Of a stretch of DNA of 64,000 nt, positions 58,601 through 64,000 are shown piece after piece. Location of the stretch: NCBI RefSeq assembly GCF_009914755.1, contig NC_060933.1. One strand, written 5' to 3'. Position 1 is the first letter of the stretch, and each line of letters begins with the position of its first letter. Below the pieces are notes generated by a model, which made no database searches, was not told where the DNA came from, and saw only the letters and a list, made by a program, of their open reading frames with translations. This stretch comes from the human T2T-CHM13v2.0 reference genome, Homo sapiens. The translations under genes were made by a program, and so were the position numbers.

Positions 58601-61600
58601 TTCCATTCCATTCTATTCGGGTTAATTCCACTCCATTCCATTCGATTGCAATCGTGTTGATTCCATTCCATTCCATTCCATTCCATTCCATTCCATTCCA
58701 TTCCATTCCTTTCCATTCCATTACGGATGATTCCATTCCATTGCATTCCATTCCATTCCATTCCCCTGTAATCGGGTTGATTCCATTCCTTTGCATTCCA
58801 ATCCATGCCCTTCCACTCGTGTTGATTCCATTCTTTCCATTCCATTCAAGTTGAATCTTTTCCATTGCATTCCATTCCATTCGATTCCATTCGATTGCAC
58901 TCGGGTTGATTCCATTCCATTGCATTCCATTCCATTCCATTCCATTCCATTCCATTCCGTTCCATTCCATTCCATTACATTCGGATTGATTCTATTCAAT
59001 TCCCTTACACTCCATTACATTCCATTCCATTCGGGTAGTTTCCATTCCATTCCATTCCAATCCTCTTCATTCCATTGCACTCGGGTTGATTCCATTCCAT
59101 TGCATTCCATTCCATTCCATTACGTTCCATTCCATTCCATTACATTCGGATTGACTCTATTCAACTCCCTTACTCTCCATTACATTCCATTGCATTCGGC
59201 TTGTTCCATTCCATTCCATTCCATTCCACTCCATTCCATTGCACTCAGGTTTATTCCATTTCATTCCATTCCATTCCATTCCATTCCGGAAGATGCCATT
59301 CCATTGCATTCCATTACATTCCATTCCCCTGCACTCGCGTTGATTCCATTCCATTCCATTCCATTCCATTCCATTCCATTCCATTCCATTCCTTTCCGTT
59401 CCATTCCATTCCATTCCATTCCATTCCATTCCGTTCCGTTCCATTCCATTCCATTCCATTCTATTCGGGTTAATTCCATTCCATTCCATTCGATTGCAAT
59501 CGAGTTGATTTCATTCCATTCCATTCCATTCCATTCCATTTCTTTTCATTCCATTACGGATGATTCCATTCCATTCCATTCCATTCCATTCCATTCCATT
59601 ACAATCGAGTTGATTCCATTCCATTCCATTCCATTCCAGTCCTTTCCATTCCATTCCACTCGGGTTGATTCCATTCTATTAGTTTCCATTCCATTCCATT
59701 CCCTTCCATTCCACTCTGGTTGATTCCATTCCTTTCCATTCCACTCGAATACATTCCCTCCTATTCCACTCGGAACGATTCCATTCCATTCCATTCCATT
59801 CCATTCCATTTCGTTCCATTCCATTCTATTTCGTATCATTCCATTCCATTCCATTCCATTCCATTCCATTCCATTCCATTCCATTCCATTCCATTCCATT
59901 GTAGTCGGGTTGATTCCCTTCCATTGCATTCTATTCTATTCCATTCCATTCCATTCCGTTGCATTCCATTCCATTACATTCGGATTGATTCTATTCAACT
60001 CCCTTACTCTCCATTACATTCCATTCCATTCGGGTTGTTCCATTCCATTCCATTCCATTCCACTCCATTCCATTGCACTCGGGTTGATTCCATTCCATTC
60101 CATTACATTCCGTTCCATTCCGGATGATTCCATTCCATTGCATTCCGTTCCATTACATTCCCCTGCACTCGCGTTGATTCCATTCCATTCCATTCCATTC
60201 CATTCAATTCCATTCCATTACAATTCGTTCCATTCCATTCTATTCCGTACCATTCAATTCCATTCCATACCATTCCATTCCATTCCATTCCATTCCGTTC
60301 CATTCCGTTCCATTCCATTCCAGTCAATTCTATTCGGATTAATTCCATTCCATTCCATTCCATTCCATTCTATTCCATTCCATTGCAATCGAGTAGAATC
60401 CATTGCATTTCATTCCGGAAGTTTCCATTCCATTGCATTCCATTCCATTCCATTCCCCTGCACACGCGTTGTTTCCATTCCATTCCATTCCTTTCCATTC
60501 CATTCCATTCCATTCCAATCCATTCCATTCCATTCCATTCCATTCCGTTCCATTCCATTCCATTCCATTCCATTCCATTCCATTCCGTTCCATTCCATTC
60601 CATTACATTCGGATTGATTCTATTCAATTCCCTTACACTCCATTACATTCCATTCCATTCGGGTAGTTTCCATTCCATTCCATGCCATTCCTCTCCATTC
60701 CATTGTACTCGGGTTGATTCCATTCCATTGCATTCCATTCCATTCCATTCAATTCCATTCCGTTCCATTCCATTCCATTACATTCGGATTTATTCTATTC
60801 AACTCCCTTACTCTCCATTACATTCCATTCCATTCGGGTTGTTCCATTCCATTCCATTCCATTCCACTCCATTCCATTGCACTCGGGTTTATTCCATTCC
60901 ATTCCATTCCATTCCATTCCATTCCATTCCGGAAGATTCCATTCCATTGCATTCCATTCCATTTGATTCCCCTGCACTCGCGTTGATTCTATTCCATTCC
61001 ATGCCATTCCATTCCATTCCATTCCATTCCATTCCATTCCTTTCCGTTCCATTCCATTCCATTCCATTCCATTCCAATCCATTCCATTCTGTTCCGTTCC
61101 ATTCCATTCCATTCCATTCCATTCTATTCGGGTTAATTCCATTCCATTCCATTCGATTGCAGTCGAGTTGATTCCATTCCATTCCATTCCATTCCATTCC
61201 ATTCCTTTCCTTTCCATTCCATTACGGATGATTCCATTCCATTGCATTCCATTCCATTCCATTCCCCTGTACTCGGGTTGATTCCATTCCATTCCATTCC
61301 AATCCATGCCATTCCACTCGTGTTGATTCCATTCTTTCCATTCCATTGAAGTTGAATCCATTCCATTGCATTCCATTCCATTCGATTCCATTCGATTGCA
61401 CTCGGGTTGATTCCATTCCATTGCATTCCATTCCATTCCATTTCATTCCATTCCATTCCTTTCCATTCCATTCCATTCCATTCCATTCCATTCCATTGCA
61501 ATCGAGTTGATTCCATTCCATTCCTTTCCATTCCATTCAATTGCCTTGCATTCCACTCGGGTTGATTCCATTCCCTTCTTTCCACTCAATTACATTCCCT

Positions 61601-64000
61601 TCCATTCCACTCGGAATGATTGATTCCATTCCATTCCATTCCATTTCATTCCATTGCAATCCATTCCAATCCATTCCATTCCATTCCATTCCACTCGAGT
61701 TGACTTCATTCCACTCCTTTCCATTCCATTCCATTCCTTTCCACTCGATTTGATTCCATTCCATTCCAATCCATTGCATTCCATTCCATGCCATTCCACT
61801 CGGGTTGATTCCATTCCTTTGCATTCCATTCCATTCCATTCCATTGCATTCCATTCCATTCCATTCCGTTGCATTCCATTCCATTACATTCGAATTGATT
61901 CTATTCAACTCCCTTACTCTCCATTACATTCCATTCCATTCGGGTTGTTCCATTCCATTCCATGCCATTCCACTCCATTCCATTGCACTCGGGTTGATTC
62001 CGTTCCATTCCATTCCATTCCATTTCATTCCAGATGATTCCATTCCATTGCATTCCGTTCCATTACATTCCCCTGCACTCGCGTTGATTCCATTCCTTTC
62101 CATTCCATTCCATTCCATTCAATTCCATTCCATTACAATCATTTCCATTCCATTCTATTCCGTACCATTCCATTCCATTCCATACCATTCCATTCCATTC
62201 CATTCCATTCCATTCCATTCGATTCCGTTCCATTCCGTTCCATTCAGTTCCATTCCATTCCATTCCATTCCATTCCATTCTATTCGGGTTAATTCCATTC
62301 CATTCCATTCCATCCCATTCTATTACATTCCATTGCAATCGAGTTGAATCCATTGCATTTCATTCCATTCCATTCCATTCCATTCCATTCCGGAAGATTC
62401 CATTCCATTGCATTCCATTCAATTCCATTCCCCTGCACTCGCGTTGATTCCATTCCATTCCATTCCATTCCATTCCGTTCCGTTCCATTCCATTCCATTC
62501 CATTCCATTCCATTCCATTCCATTCCATTCCGTTCCGTTCCATTCCATTCCATTCTATTCGGGTTAATTCCATTCCATTCCATTCCATTGCAATCGTGTT
62601 GATTCCATTCCATTCCATACCATTCCATTCCATTCCATTCCTTTCCATTCCATTACGGATGATTCCATTCCATTGCATTCCATTCCATTCCATTCCCCTG
62701 TACTCGGGTTGATTCCATTCCATTGCATTCCAATCCATGCCCTTCCACTCGTGTTGATTCCATTCTTTCCATTCCATTCAAGTTGAATCCATTCCAATGC
62801 ATTCCATTCCATTCGATTCCATTCGATTGCACTCGGGTTGATTCCATTCCATTGCATTCCATTCCATTCCATTCCATTCCATTCCATTCCATTCCATTCC
62901 ATTCCGTTCCATTCCATTTCATTACATTCAGATTGATTCTAATCAATTCCCTTACACTCCATTATATTCCAATCCATTCTGGTTGTCTCCATTCCATTCC
63001 ATTCCATTTCACTCCATTCCATTGCACTCGGGTTGATTCCATTCCATTCCATTCCATTCCATTCCATTCCATTCCATTCCGGATGATTCCATTCCATTTC
63101 ATTCCGTTCCATTACATTCCCCTGCACTCGCATTGATTCCATTCCATTCCATTCAATTCCATTCCATTACAATTCGTTACATTCCATTCTATTCCGTACC
63201 ATTCCATTCCATTCTATACCATTCCATTTCATTCCATTCCATTCCATTCCATTCCATTCCATTCCGTTCCATTCCGTTCCATTGCATTCCATTCCATTCT
63301 ATTCGGGTTAATTCCATTCCATTCCATTCCATTCCATTCTATTCCATTCCATTGCATTCGAGTTGAATCCATTGCATTTCATTCCATTCCATTCCATTCC
63401 ATTCCATTCCGGAAGATTCCATTCAATAGCATTCCATTCCATTCCATTCCCCTGCACTCGCGTTGATTCCATTCCATTCCATTGCATTCCATTCTGTTCC
63501 GTTCCATTCCATTCCATTCCATTCCGTTCCGTTCCTTTCCATTCCATTCCATTCCTTTCTATTCGGGTTAATTCCATTCCATTCCATTCGATTGCAATCT
63601 AGTTGATTCCATTCCATTGCATTTCATTCCATTCGATTCCATTCGATTGCACTCGGGTTGATTCCATTCCATTGCATTCCATTCCATTCCATTCCATTCC
63701 ATTCCATTCCATTCCGTTCCAATCCTTTCCATTACATTCGGATTGATTCTATTCAATTCCCTTACACTCCATTACATTCCATTCCATTCGGGTAGTTTCC
63801 ACTCCATTCCATTCCATTCCTCTCCATTCCATTGCACTCGGGTTGATTCCATTCCATTGCATTCCATTCCATTCCATTCAATTCCATTCCGTTCCATTCC
63901 ATTCCATTACATTCGGATTGATTCTATTCAACTCCCTTACTCTCCATTACATTCCATTCCATTCGGGTTGTTCCATTCCATTCCATTCCATTCCACTCCA
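46641..64000 (+). repeat. HSat3 sub-array, dialect A (block A3)
   Basis: Dense recurrence of CCGGAAGATT, TTACGGATGATT, TTCTTTCCATTCCATTCAAGTTG, CAACTCCCTTACTCTCC and CGAATACATTCCCTCC. TTGCACACGGGTTCA not seen. Confidence 0.78.
48385..63420. promoter_or_regulatory. Cluster of ~13 perfect heat-shock-element consensus matches (nTTCn-nGAAn-nTTCn); motif match only, function untested
   Basis: aTTCc-gGAAg-aTTCc at 48385, 49223, 50961, 52529, 53522, 54541, 55900, 56748, 58435, 60926, 62387, 63406 and aTTCc-gGAAg-tTTCc at 60412. Six more lie outside this interval (2732, 18142, 18975, 20938, 22332, 23175). Confidence 0.4.

Larger units (their letters stand above)
1..64000 (+). repeat. Satellite III (HSat3)-type tandem array, (ATTCC)n on + strand / (GGAAT)n on - strand, open at both window ends
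   Basis: Seen: ATTCC pentamers over the entire window, interrupted every few tens of bp by ACTCGGGTTG and variants (AATCGAGTTG, ATTCGGGTTA, ATTCGGATTG). Established: (ATTCC)n with interspersed A(C/T)TCGGGTTG defines classical Satellite III. The HSat2 pattern CATTCGATGAT is not a recurring unit here. Confidence 0.97.

Noticed and set aside
103-63756. Hundreds of ORFs (MEWNG... on -, FHSIP... on +), up to 394 aa, as protein-coding genes
   Set aside because: A 5-bp repeat without stop codons gives the same pentapeptide in all three frames of each strand. The ORFs overlap in all six frames, end only at decamer variants and show no domain-like sequence.
1-64000. CRISPR-like repeat/spacer array (constant ACTCGGGTTGATTCC with variable gaps)
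   Set aside because: The gaps are themselves ATTCC repeats of variable length, not unique spacers. No leader or cas genes, and the context is a eukaryotic satellite.
1-64000. Human Satellite II, alpha satellite or other centromeric family
   Set aside because: No recurring CATTCGATGAT/TTCGATTCCATTTGATG pattern, no 171-bp monomer, and no recognisable CENP-B box. The TTCG..CGGG fragments lack the 17-bp box arrangement where I checked.
1-64000. Transposon, Alu/L1 insertion or inversion breakpoint
   Set aside because: No non-satellite stretch, poly(A) tail or target-site duplication seen, and no GGAAT-oriented tract on the + strand.
1-64000. Assignment to a specific chromosome or subfamily (e.g. 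9q12, DYZ1, D15Z1)
   Set aside because: Needs a k-mer or alignment search against a T2T assembly. No regular 3.6 kb or 1.8 kb unit runs across the window, so I make no assignment.

Overview
The whole 64 kb window is one uninterrupted array of (ATTCC)n/(GGAAT)n satellite with in-register decamer interruptions of the A(C/T)TCGGGTTG family. This is the classical signature of human/hominoid Satellite III (HSat3), which is pericentromeric heterochromatin. I cannot assign the chromosome or subfamily from the sequence alone. The pyrimidine-rich strand is + throughout. I see no inversion, gene, RNA gene, transposon insertion or CRISPR array. All listed ORFs (MEWNG/FHSIP repeats) are automatic products of a stop-free 5-bp repeat. 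The informative content is internal structure: (i) two sequence dialects alternating A-B-A-B-A; (ii) several recent 0.75-3 kb tandem and dispersed duplications, including an apparently identical 3015-bp tandem pair; (iii) about 19 perfect three-unit heat-shock-element matches confined to dialect A; (iv) about 50 pentamer register shifts that all go in the same direction (-1 mod 5); (v) a small divergent island near 61.5-61.8 kb. I found no evidence of a new protein-coding system. All counts and boundaries were read by eye and are approximate.
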